From the NCBI RefSeq assembly GCF_052425735.1, contig NC_135765.1:32426001-32490000 (forward strand): 64,000 nucleotides of DNA, read 5' to 3'. This DNA comes from Oculina patagonica (lineage: Eukaryota). Positions 1 to 10,689 of the stretch are shown here, piece after piece. The notes beneath the pieces are model-generated. The model saw only the letters and a list, made by a program, of their open reading frames with translations, did not search any database and was not told the origin of the DNA. Each line of letters begins with the position of its first letter. The first letter of the stretch is position 1. Made by a program: the position numbers and the translations under genes.

Positions 1-647
1 CTTGTCAGTGACTGGCGGATTGCGTATTACGCTTGCGCGCCACGTTTATAAAGGCTATCTGCAAACCGGAAGTTGAAAATTTTTTTCTCCCACTAAGAAC
101 GATCGGAATGCAAAAAATGTGTCAATCACGACAGTTTGTCGTAACACCGGAAGAGAAAAATCTTGTCTCCAAAAGCGATAAGAATGCGAAAAATCAACAG
201 TTTGTCACATTAGATCGAGGCTTGTGTCTTGCAACCATTACGTTTTGCAGACGTTGTTTTAGAGGTGTTGCTTTTGAGAAAATCTGCTGTGATTGTATCA
301 CAGATAAACTACGGCAAAGCGAATGATTCCAACAACGGGTATTCTCGAGAAATTCCTTATAACACTGACAACAAAGCGAGTTTGCCGACGGAGGAAAATC
401 ACATCTCAATTCACACCGCGTTCTCGACTACACTTCGCAAAACTGTCAATCAAAAAAACAACTCTGATTGGTTCGCAGCAATAGGAAACGATAAAAAACA
501 TTCGTGACTTAAGCGTGACGCGTTACTCGACCTTACTCGGAATAATTTTCTTTTGTCCAGTGATTTAAAAACACTTCCCTCCCAGTACCTTCTCTTAACT
601 GCATCAAGGCCCACACTTTCTAACCTGTGGTTACCACTAGTATATAA

Positions 648-866
648 CAACCCTCCAAGTTAAGACCATTTTAGTTGCCATGGCGACTAAAATTTTGGAG
701 CTGGCGACTTAATTTGAACCAAGGTCGTCAGCCTGGCGACTAAAATTGAGAGGAATGATTGAAAGCATCAGCTTAATTTGGTGACTAAAATTTTTCACTG
801 GCGACCTAAACTTGAGTAGTTGGTGGCCAAATGGCCACTAAGGAAAAAAGTAAACTTGGAGGGTTG
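648..866. mobile_element. MITE with 14-bp TIRs
   Basis: CAACCCTCCAAGTT...AACTTGGAGGGTTG, flanked by TATAA on both sides, with internal repeated GGCGACTAAAATT motifs. Confidence 0.8.
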
Positions 867-880
867 TATAATGTTTTTAC

Positions 881-1687
881 CTGACAAATGCTTTGGCAGA
901 TTCAATCCACACTTTTCCAAACAGGTAAACAGTACCTGAAAGAATGAATGAAAGCTTGATGAACTTACATTACATCTAGTGATGTTGCATCCTGTAAGCA
1001 AATGCCCCTGGGACTAAGTTCAAATCCCCAGTTACACAAAAAATGTATTTTTTGCCTTAATTGATAAAAATAGTTATTGAAGAGAGCCCAGAGGCGGGTA
1101 CTTGCAGTATTCCTGACGGGGTGGGGGGGGGGGGGGGGGGTCCGACGGAGCTTCATATTGCGAACCCAAAAAAATACATGAGCCTGAAATTTTACACCCC
1201 AAAAAATACCTGGCAACAAAATTTTCTACCCCCAAAAATACAAAACCTAGTACCTCGATACTGATTTATTCAATCAAACAGACTTTAAGTCCTAAAAAAA
1301 TACATGACAGATCTTTTGACCCAAAAAAATACCGAGGGTGTAAATTTTCAACCAAAAAAAATACGTTGGACCTCCCCATCATGTATACTGCAAGTACCCC
1401 CCTGAGGCAATATGAGAGTTAACATGTTGCCCACAAACTCAATGCAGTGACCCCGGCCAGGACTCAAACCTGGATTACTTGATCTGGAGGCCATGGCCTA
1501 CCATATCATGCAACTCTTCAATTAAATTTCGCTTGCTAAGAGTAAATACATGCTTGTCTTAGTTTACACTGATGTAATGTATATGAAATGATTCACTCCT
1601 TTCACGGGTAAAATATGAACTCACAATTGACCTCGCTCCCAATGTGTGGCTTCAATAGCTCAGTTGGTAGAGCATCACACCGGTATC

Positions 1688-1721
<34 letters not shown>

Positions 1722-4700
1722 TGAATTTTTTTCAGGCTTCTTTATTCCAATTGCTTAAATTGGAAATTCACTGCGATGATCATTTATCACTTTCTTAGTT
1801 TACAATTTTTATGATTTATTTGGCAGATGACTTACCTCAGGGCCCTTGCCCTCTGGGAAGTATTAATAGAAAGTAACTTGTCCAGCTGGAAAAATTATTT
1901 ACTTGACCTGGTGCACCAGATGGCACTTTTGAGCCCTGCCAATCAGATATCACCCTGGGGGGCGGGGGCACTCCCATACATGAGCTATATAGGTAGGTGC
2001 CGCTGTGAAGGGTATGGTTTTCAAGCAGTTTAGTCTGGGATAGGGTAAAGAAATCAGAGAGTTTTGGTCTAGAAAAGGGTAGCATTTGCCGGGAAACCGA
2101 TCGACGGTATGACGAATATAGTCCAGAAACTCGGAAGAGAAAGAGGCTTTCCTAAACGTAAATAAAATCATCGCGGCATCGTTGTTCACAGATGGTTTTC
2201 CATTAAAACACTGATAATGATACAGTTCTTACAAAATGCAAGTCTGGGATAGGGTAGGGATTTTCAGTGTCTAGTTTGGGTTGAAAAAATCAACTGAACA
2301 TGGTCTGGTATAGGGTAAGGGCTTCAAATTCCCAGCGGCACACCCCCACCCAAAAATATACCAGGTGCCCCCCCCCCCCGGAGGATATCACTAAACAGAA
2401 ATATCTGTGTTAAAATAATAATTTGATATGTACCTGGTTGTTTGAATCTATCTTCATAAGCATCAAACCAGTAAAACTTGAGGACTTTTTCTCCTGAAAT
2501 GGTCAAGACAAAACAACACCATTGTTAATCACATGATTTGTGTGACAGTTTGTGTTCTAAACCCCTTCTTTACAGGACTTGGTTGACATTGGGAGTTGTT
2601 ACCAACAATTTACCCATACCCATTTGTACCCCTGGATTGATTAAGGTGATTCCACGGAATTGCATTGTGCATCCTCGCTGCGCATACGTTTTCGCGTCAT
2701 TTAGCGTGCGCACGAGCGCGCACACACACAGAACACTACGAGATTCCCTTCAGCCTACGCTCGGTAGGGAAATAAATGATCGTTTTCTCTTAAACGAGCA
2801 CGGTGACCCCCATTTTTTAATGCATTTATTTAAATGTCATACGGTTGTCTACAATTATAACACGATTTAAAGAAAAGTTTAAAATTCTACATTGAGATAT
2901 TTTAATTTTAATGCCGTAAAAAACATGTTTTTAGGTAGTGCCGTTAACGTGCGCACAAAGCAAAATCTTTAATTTCTTTCGTTATCTTAATTCCTGTACA
3001 ATAAGAATAGTTTTTAATATAAGATCAAAGTCTATTTTGTTGAAATAGACTAATACTTTAATGCAAAAATGATTTTTTTCTAGAAACAGTTTCCCATTCG
3101 AATTACTAGGGTTACCAATATCTACCTCGCGGGTCGTATATTTACTATTAATGCCCATCCATTTTACACAAAAACTAGCGCGGTGACCCCCATTTTTATT
3201 TCATTTTTTTAATGCTTATAACATACCGGTAATTGTAACCTGGACCAAGTTTCAGAAAATTTTTAATACTCCTTCTATTTTAGTGGAATCACCTTGAGAG
3301 AAAATTTGAGTAAAAAGTGTTTAGTTCAAGAACACAACACAGAGACCCCTGCCAGGTTTCAGACCCCTGGATCTGGGGTGTGGCACTCTCTAAAAATTGG
3401 TCCAACTGACCAGACAACATTCAAATGAATTGTGGAGCTCTACTTACCATCAAATTCCTGAAGTGGGAGGGATGAGGAATCCACATTCACATCTGTCAGA
3501 ACCTTAGAATTAAAAGAAAAGGCAACATAAACATTTTTAAATGAAAACAAAACAAACATTTTAATATTCCCTATAGCTTTTATCTAACAATTATAAATAA
3601 ACAATATTAATTTTATATTTCTATCTTGTTACCTCTTGTTGTTGAGATTCTTCATTTCCTAAGATTGTTTCCCAGGCAGAGTCACCAGGAATTTCGGTTG
3701 TTCTAAAAAAAAAAAAAAAATTCAATTAAAAATCATCTATACACAGAGGTTACCGAATATAAATAAAGAGAAATTATATGAAAGCTGTGGAAGGTTATAA
3801 CATTTATTTAACATGTGCTTACTTTCTTGAAAAAGCACATTTTCTGTCAGTCTGCTTCTCCTTTGCCTCGACCTATGACAGCAAAGTATAAATGTGTAAT
3901 TTTGATTATTACAGCTTGATATTCTTGCAAAAAGTTAAATGCTGATCACATTTGCTGTAATAATACCTTAACTTGGACATGAGGTTTCTCATCACGACTA
4001 TTCTCGGCATTTGTTAATGCCTGAATTGCTTCTGCATCACCAAGATCATCGTCATCGCCAAAATCATCACATCCTGTATCCTGTTCTGCCATGTCAACTG
4101 CAACAGGATCATCTAGCAAAGATTTCACAAAAAATCAACGACATTTTATTACAGTTAATAGTTAATATATACCCCCCACTCACTCAGAATTTCCAATGAT
4201 CTTCCATGGGGTAGGCATGGATATTTTCTGGAACTGCACAGTGATCGAATAACATTTTTTTAGGCATTTTCCATGATTAAGGTGAGAATGACAGAAACTG
4301 CTCTTGAGTCGTGGTACTCTACGGTGGATTCCAACGCAGATAAAGAAAGACAACCCCTTCCGCGTGTTTACACTCCATTGTAACGAAATTAAGGATTGGA
4401 TGGCATTTTCAAACATGCCTAGCGCGTGCTAATGTTTTAACGAAATAATTTTACTCTGATGAAGGTGGACAGAGGCCACCGAAAATTTAGTGTTTTATAA
4501 CTTAGATCGGATGAATCATTCTAGTAAAGTCTGACCTTTCTGGCTAGTAAAAACCTGTTTTAGCTAGTAGAATCAAAGCTGTCAGAAGCCACTGGGCTAG
4601 TGGCCTAAAAAAGCTAGTCTTGAGCCCCGTAACCTCTTGAGTAACCACTTAGAATATTTAGTGAAATTATAATAATTTTCTTATCATTACCATCCATTCC

Positions 4701-7700
4701 TGAATCCATATCCATCCCTGCTCCATAGTCTTCCTCATGTCCTAACCCGTCAGGATCGCCTACCATGCCACTGTACCTCCCCTCCCTTGTTTCTGATGGC
4801 TCAGTTTTGACAACAGTCTTTCTCTTTGCAGACAGACTTGTGGAGTAACTGGATTTAGGTGGAGATCTGGGTTCAACTTTGAAAATGTTCTGTCTTGGGC
4901 CAGACGATTCCTGTCAATTTTGATAACAAAATTAATTCCAGGTCATGCAAGCGGCGGCGTAGCAGCTTTTATAAGCTTGTAATATGTAGTTCCAGAAAAT
5001 ATCCATACCCACCCCATGGAAGGTCACTGGAAATTCCAAGGGGGCGGGAGGTCTCGAAAGCCAAAATTCTTAAAGGTATGCATGTGGCTTCACTGGAATT
5101 TCCTTCTGTGGGAGGGGTATGGATATTTTCTGGAACAACACAATTATACTACTGGTCTTCTAGTTATTGTCTTTGGGGGTAGTGGCATTGTTCCAGTTGT
5201 TTGTTCAGCAAACCTTTCACATGAAACCTTGCGAGAACTGATACCAGATTAATGTCATAAACTTTTTAGCGATTAGTTTTTAGCAATTACTTTTAAAGAC
5301 AATTTTTAGCATTTTTAAGATTTTTATTCTATCATTGTAAATAGCTTTATCAATAATTTTATATAGACTATTTATTTTATTTATATTGTATTTTTATTTA
5401 TTTATTTCATTGTCTCTGAAAAGCCCCCATGGGGAGTTGACAATAAAATTTGTATTGTATTGTATTGTACTCCATGCAAAAGTGATATTGCAGAAATTGA
5501 TATTACTGACACCTTCTGACAGGTGTGCATAAAAATTTGAGAACAGCAGGAGTTAGTAAAGCAACATCTCAAAGCTGGCGATGACTGTCCGCTAATAATG
5601 TTAAAGTAAAATAAATTGCATTGGTTAAGTCCTGAGTATAGCAGGAAATAAATATGCAAATGACCTACCTGGAGGCGTCTTGGCATGTGACGACTTGAAG
5701 AAGCTGTTGGGGTTCTGGGAATATTAGAATATTAGAAAAAACAGTGTCTGAGCATCATTAGTCAATGTAAACCCTTCTTCTATGGGCTTTTTTTTAATTC
5801 GTACATATGTTAGTAATTTTAGTCGCTTTACAGTGCGACTACTCAAACCGGGGCACCCTGAACAAAATTAACCAATCACAGTGTTAATTCACTCACTCTT
5901 TCGCTCACAAACACAAAATATTCCTTCCTCTTACTGATTAAAGCTGATTTCCAGTCCGTACTGTGCAGACTCGGGGTTTGTTTTCGTTTTTGTTTTGAAT
6001 TCGTTGAAACGTTACACTTCGGTGACAGCATACATGAAGTTTTTTAGTCCGCCATTACAGTTCGTTTCGTTCAATAATTCCCGATGAGCTGAAACGTCGG
6101 TTTGAAATAGCGTCAAGGTTCTTCTACTCATTATTATTTGTTCTGCAAGGATATCTGGTGTTAATAATGAAGAAAAAGGTAAGTTTGTCGCGGAATTTTT
6201 AGTTTTGCTTGTAAACATTCCTTCGTGTGGGCTCACATAAACATTGCAGCCGAGATTGCGCAGTACGGTCTGGAATTCATCTTTAATTCCTTTGTTTAAT
6301 ATTAGTTCTATTGTATTATTTAAAGAGGTAATGAGAAATTACACATTGATTGCCCTTATAAAGCAATTATTATACCTCAAAACTGGAGTCTTGCCCTTAG
6401 ACAATTTCACGGGAGCTGGTTTTGGTTGCTTTATTATTGAAAAGAAAAATAAAATGAAATAAAAAATTATAAACAACAGTGTAAAGTAATTTAATTAATA
6501 AATGTACTTTTCCCCACGACTTTTTTTTTTCCTTCCCACCCACTCTAGGTACTAAAACTTTTAACTTTCGATGTTCCTTGTTTGAACTTCTTAACAATCG
6601 CATTTGGGGAAGCAGTAAAATAAGATGGGAACACAAAAAAATTAAACAATTTCTGACCTGAATTAGTTTAGCTTTATAGAACAAAATTTTCACTTTTCCA
6701 ACAAAAGATGCCCCATCGCAAGTGAGCCCCCCCCTATATAAATTTCTCAAAAAATATATGAAAAAAATACCTTATCTCCCTATCAGAGATCCCTTGGGGG
6801 CTTGATAAAAGATTTATAACCCCAGTTTTGCACATACCTCAACTTCCTTCAGAAGATCATTTAACAAGTCATCTTCACCAATAGACGTAACTTCATTCTA
6901 CAAACAAGATCCATCACAATAAACAAAAAATGTTTTAATTCATGTGTTCCAACAAATAATAAAAAAATGTAGTTGTTGTTGTTGACAACAAAGGCAAGTT
7001 GTTTACCTTTGGTTTCTTTGCTTTGGCACTTGCAGCTAACAACATTTTGTTTATTGATTTTGGCTTGACTGTCGGCTTCTTAACATTCTATCAAATGGCA
7101 AAATAAATAAAAAACATCTTGTTAAAATAAATTAAACACCATTTAAATGAGCACTCATTCTACTTACCGGTTTCTTTGGCTTGAATTTGGGAACATTCTT
7201 TCCTATAAGTTAAATAAAAAGCAAATAAAGATAGAAAGGGAATTCTTGCTAAGTTAAAAATTAATAATTTTTGCACACCAAACTATTGATATCAAACAGA
7301 TTACTGGACTGGTATAATGTTAAAGATGAATTCCAGTCCGTACTGCGCAATCTCGGCTGCAATGTTTATCGGAGCCCAACACGAAGGAATGTTTACAAGC
7401 AAAACTAAAAATTCCGCGACAAACTTACCTTTTTCTTCATTATTAATGCCAGATATCCTTGCCGAACAAAAAATAACGAGTAGAGGAACCTTGACGCTAT
7501 TTCAAACCGACGTTTCAGCTCATCGGAAATTCTTGAAGTAAACGAACTGTAATGGCGGACTAAAAAACTTCATGTATGCTGTCACCGAAGTGTAACGTTT
7601 CAACGAATTCAAAACAAAAACAAAAACAAACCCCGAGTCTGCGCAATACGGACTGGAAATCAGCTTTAAACAAAAATCAGCCCATTTTATACTTCTTGGT

Positions 7701-9764
7701 AGACCATGATCAGTGTCTTGCCTAAGAACAACACAATGACTCTGTTCTTAGGTTATTTTTAGAACATTTTCAATTCGTAATTTATTTATTTTTATGAGAA
7801 CACTAGTACTTCTTTTAAACTTTTTAACTTTTTTTTAGCATTTTAACGGTATCTTTTTAAAGTAGTTTTTATAGATAGATAGATATTTTATACATACTCT
7901 CTTTTACTTTAATTTTGTTTTATTTTACACAGGGCCCCCGTTGATACCAGTCCTGCGACTGAAGGGGTCACCCTGTTAAAATATCGATTATTATTGCCAG
8001 TGCTTGAACCTGGATTGTAGTCCAACGTGCTTATCATAACGATTAGGTCACTGTGCTTCCCAAATAAATAAATGAAATATAGTAGCATCCTGATTTCTCG
8101 AACCTCCAGAGGAAAGGAAATTCGCATTGAGAAATTGAAAGGTTCAAGAAATCTGAGCTAGAATTACAGATAAGTACTATCCATTGGGAAAGAAAATTGG
8201 TTTGAGAAATCTGCAGTTTTACACCAAGGATTTGAAAAATCGGGATTCTACTGTTAGAATTTCATTAATTTACTGACCAGTTGATGGTTCATCCTCAAGA
8301 TCATCATCAAAAATTTCTCTTCCATCATCCACATATCCAGTTCCATCTGAAAAGAAAGGTCCGCATCTGTTGTAACGTTGTTGACAGTTCAAATTTTGTA
8401 GTTAATCTTTTGTTTACGTTCTAGAACGTTATTGGTCCGTTGCAAAAAAATATCCCTATCCTTTGTTTTCAATTAACACTGTGATTGATTAACTTTGTTC
8501 AGGGTGCCCCGGTTTGAGTAGTCGCACTGTAAAACTACTAAAATTACTAACATATGTACGAATAAAAAAAAAGCCCATAGAAGAAGGGTTTCCTTACCAT
8601 CGTCAATCACCCAGTCTTCCTCCTGACGTTTCCTAACAATGTCCGAGTATTCATCTTCATTTACCACCTGGTAGACATCTGACACCTCACCAACCTAGTA
8701 CGGAGAATCTGAATCATCATCTGGGTAATGAATTTATAACCAGCTTGATCTACATGTTATTTCTCCATACTCGATCCATACAAACATTGAGACATTACAA
8801 TAGTCCATGGTGACAAAAGTAATGAGGCCTTCCAAGGGGTAAAAGCGACAAGACCCTGAATATTGGCGACACAGGAACATTTTAACAGCGACAAGCGACA
8901 TCGTTACGGCACTGAAATGTGACAGCGACACAATAGCGGGAAAAATGACCGCGACATAGCTGTTGGCTAGGCGACATCGGTTCTCAGAACATCCGACATT
9001 GCGACACGGCTACCCCTTGGAAGGACCAGTAATAAGAATGGAAGGATAAGCTTATTTTGTTTGTATGTACCTTCACCTATCCTCCTAATGCCTCGTGACA
9101 AATAGAGCCTTCAGAGAGAACCACTTAACCACTAAATTCCCATAATTAAATTAAAAAGAAAGTAAGTTTATAGCAATTTATAGTTAGTAAAGGAGAAATT
9201 GATTCTGGAAGATCGTAAAAATCGATTAGGAACTAGGTGTACGGTTTTGATTTTTGCAATGAGTAAAAGTGAATTTAAAAGTCAAACCATCACCACTAGT
9301 TTGACATCAATGTAAGCTTAATCAGTTTAAGAATTCAGGCTTCAACCCTGAAATGTACAAAGATTTTAATCAATACGATTGATTGTTTAAAATTATTGAC
9401 CACTGTTTGCATGCATGGCCAACAAATTTCTTACCTCAAACTTCGATCTTTCCCCAGTCTGACGGAATTTCCTAGAAAAATCGTAATATTATTTCAGTAT
9501 TACATGCGATCTTTAAAAATAACCAAAAAAAAGCAAAGAAGTTTGATCGAACCTTATTTTGTCGAGTGCCGAAGTTGCTCCGGCATTACGTTTTGCAGAT
9601 CTCTTTGATCGCCTGGTTGATTGAGAATCTGCAGCATAAAAAATGCACATTAGCTTAAAATTGGACCATTTTCGTTTTCAAACAGAAAAAATATCCTAAA
9701 ATTGCAGAATTATACCATCTTGAGAAGTCGCTGTCGGATCATCCTCAGTAGATGTTGGCGCCAT
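881..9764 (-). CDS. POLA1: DNA polymerase alpha catalytic subunit, 5' portion (multi-exon; gene continues beyond window start)
   Basis: Phase-consistent GT-AG exons traced by hand: 9716-9764, 9553-9628, 9435-9471, 8598-8694, 8278-8346, 7168-7202, 7007-7087, 6838-6897, 6376-6428, 5669-5714, 4691-4910, 3967-4112, 3823-3872, 3633-3702, 3448-3502, 2434-2493, 881-935. Peptides [44 protein letters not shown] and [30 protein letters not shown] match the POLA1 N-terminal region. Exons in the low-complexity middle are less certain. Confidence 0.93.
1087..1407. mobile_element. MITE with imperfect TIRs
   Basis: CCCAGAGGCGGGTACTTGCAGTAT vs ATACTGCAAGTACCCCCCTGAGG; internal repeated (A)CCCAAAAAAATAC motifs. 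Confidence 0.65.
1570..1795 (+). repeat. tRNA-derived repeat with an internal tRNA-like cloverleaf (1648-1721)
   Basis: GGCTTCA...TGAAGCC acceptor stem, A-box TAGCTCAGTTGG, B-box GGTTCGAATCC; imperfect anticodon arm with GGT; intronic in POLA1; boundaries approximate. Confidence 0.7.
1953..2383. mobile_element. Non-autonomous DNA element with G/C-run termini
   Basis: CCCTGGGGGGCGGGGGCAC...GTGCCCCCCCCCCCCGG ends, GATATCA on both flanks, internal repeats of GTCTGG(G/T)ATAGGGTA. Confidence 0.6.
2645..3293. mobile_element. Kolobok-like non-autonomous transposon nested in a decayed CORE-SINE
   Basis: TTAA|GGTGATTCCAC...GTGGAATCACC|TTGA; the flanks rejoin into a degenerate SINE core (TACCCATT..CCTGG / GAGA..GTAAA..GTG..CAAGAACACAACAC). 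Confidence 0.65.
4452..4492 (+). ncRNA. Minimal type I hammerhead ribozyme motif (Penelope/retrozyme-type)
   Basis: TACT-CTGATGA-A-GGTGG-acagagg-CCACC-GAAA-AT-TT-AGTG: intact catalytic core, 5-bp stem II, palindromic AATT mini stem III, 4-bp stem I. Confidence 0.7.
4985..5140. mobile_element. Short palindromic MITE (partial second copy at ~4172-4240)
   Basis: TGTAGTTCCAGAAAATATCCATACCC...GGGTATGGATATTTTCTGGAACAACA. Confidence 0.75.
5215..5470 (+). mobile_element. 5'-truncated LINE 3' end
   Basis: T-rich UTR, CCCCATGGGG stem-loop, AATAAA and (TTGTA)n tail. Confidence 0.5.
5942..6282. mobile_element. Kolobok-type MITE, copy 1
   Basis: TTAA|AGCTGATTTCCAGTCCGTACTG...CAGTACGGTCTGGAATTCATCT|TTAA; near-identical inverted copy at 7324-7665. 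Confidence 0.85.
7324..7665. mobile_element. Kolobok-type MITE, copy 2 (opposite orientation)
   Basis: TTAA|AGATGAATTCCAGTCCGTACTG...ATACGGACTGGAAATCAGCT|TTAA; reverse complement of 5942-6282. Confidence 0.85.
7745..7996 (+). mobile_element. LINE (L2/CR1-like) 3' tail inserted in a decayed SINE
   Basis: T-rich tract, structured CAGGG..CAGTC..GACTG..CCCTG end and (ATT)n tail; SINE halves on either side. Confidence 0.45.
8824..9027. mobile_element. MITE with GAG terminus
   Basis: GAGGCCTTCCAAGGGGTA...TACCCCTTGGAAGGACC, AGTAAT on both flanks, internal GCGACA repeats. Confidence 0.7.
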
Positions 9765-9990
9765 CTTGAAATGAATTGTTGAAAATGGCGCGAAAGGTAA
9801 ATGGAATGGCCACTTCCATATATGGAGAACATGAGCAAAAATTTGTTCTAGCCGGGGTAGGGTAGGGAATCGCGTGACGGCTGCACGCGGGAGGTCACGA
9901 GTTGTCTTCGAGAAAACAGCAAAACTCTTGGCTTGACATTTTGCCGATCAAGCAAGCGTGTCTTTCCTTCAAGGGCGGTAGAAAGGTTAG
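9765..9990. promoter_or_regulatory. POLA1/FMO divergent promoter with E2F and YY1-like sites
   Basis: AAAATGGCGCGAAA at 9782-9795 (E2F TTTCGCGCC on - strand overlapping YY1-like AAAATGGCG) just upstream of the POLA1 ATG; CpG-rich patch; E2F control of POLA1 is established in animals. Confidence 0.55.
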
Positions 9991-10689
9991 TTTAATAATT
10001 CAAAAGAAGTAATTGATTTCCAGTACAGATTTCAGATCTTTGACCTTTCGCGTGGCTTTTGGCTATGTCTTCATGTACCGGTGCTCAAGGGAATATTTCA
10101 CTCATGTGTCTGCATGTGTTTTCTTTTTTAGGGAGTCATTTGTTAGCTGTAGTGTATTGTTTGGTCCCCTAAATTACAGAGTACAGGGCCAGCTATTTGC
10201 ATGTCATTGAATAAGAATAGCATCTACTTTGTTATGCCTCGGTTTACAAAGGATTCCGACATATGTAAATGATGAGGTTTCCCTTTGGTCTTTGTATCGG
10301 CTCTACAAAGACAGAACCTGAGCGTTTTTCAATTGCTTAGATTACCAGTCCTTCGCTTTCATTGCGATCATTTCCCAGCAGCTAATTCTTCACTTGACTT
10401 GCCTTGTACCACTGATCCCTAAAGGACTCTCAAAACAAAGTAAGATTCTATAAGAGAGCAAGACCAAGGCACATGTAAGACCATATATTAAACAATATTT
10501 GAGCAATACCATTGTTCAGGCCCCGGTTGTTCAAAGGGTGGATAGTGCTACCCACTGAATAGTGATTTATCTGGTGGATAGCATTATCCACCCTTTTTAA
10601 AGGTTTAAAAACAACTGACCCCAGATGTGTAGAGAATTGCATTTTAATCAAGTCAACTTTGTAATATCTAGAGTAATCTCCAGTGAGAG

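Noticed and set aside
1648-1721. Functional tRNA-Thr(GGT) gene
   Set aside because: Mismatched anticodon stem, extra base after the acceptor stem, atypical anticodon and repeat-like flanks
5152-5212. Possible alternative POLA1 exon with the same phases as 5669-5714
   Set aside because: No polypyrimidine tract, weak donor, and the gene splices in frame without it; would need RNA-seq
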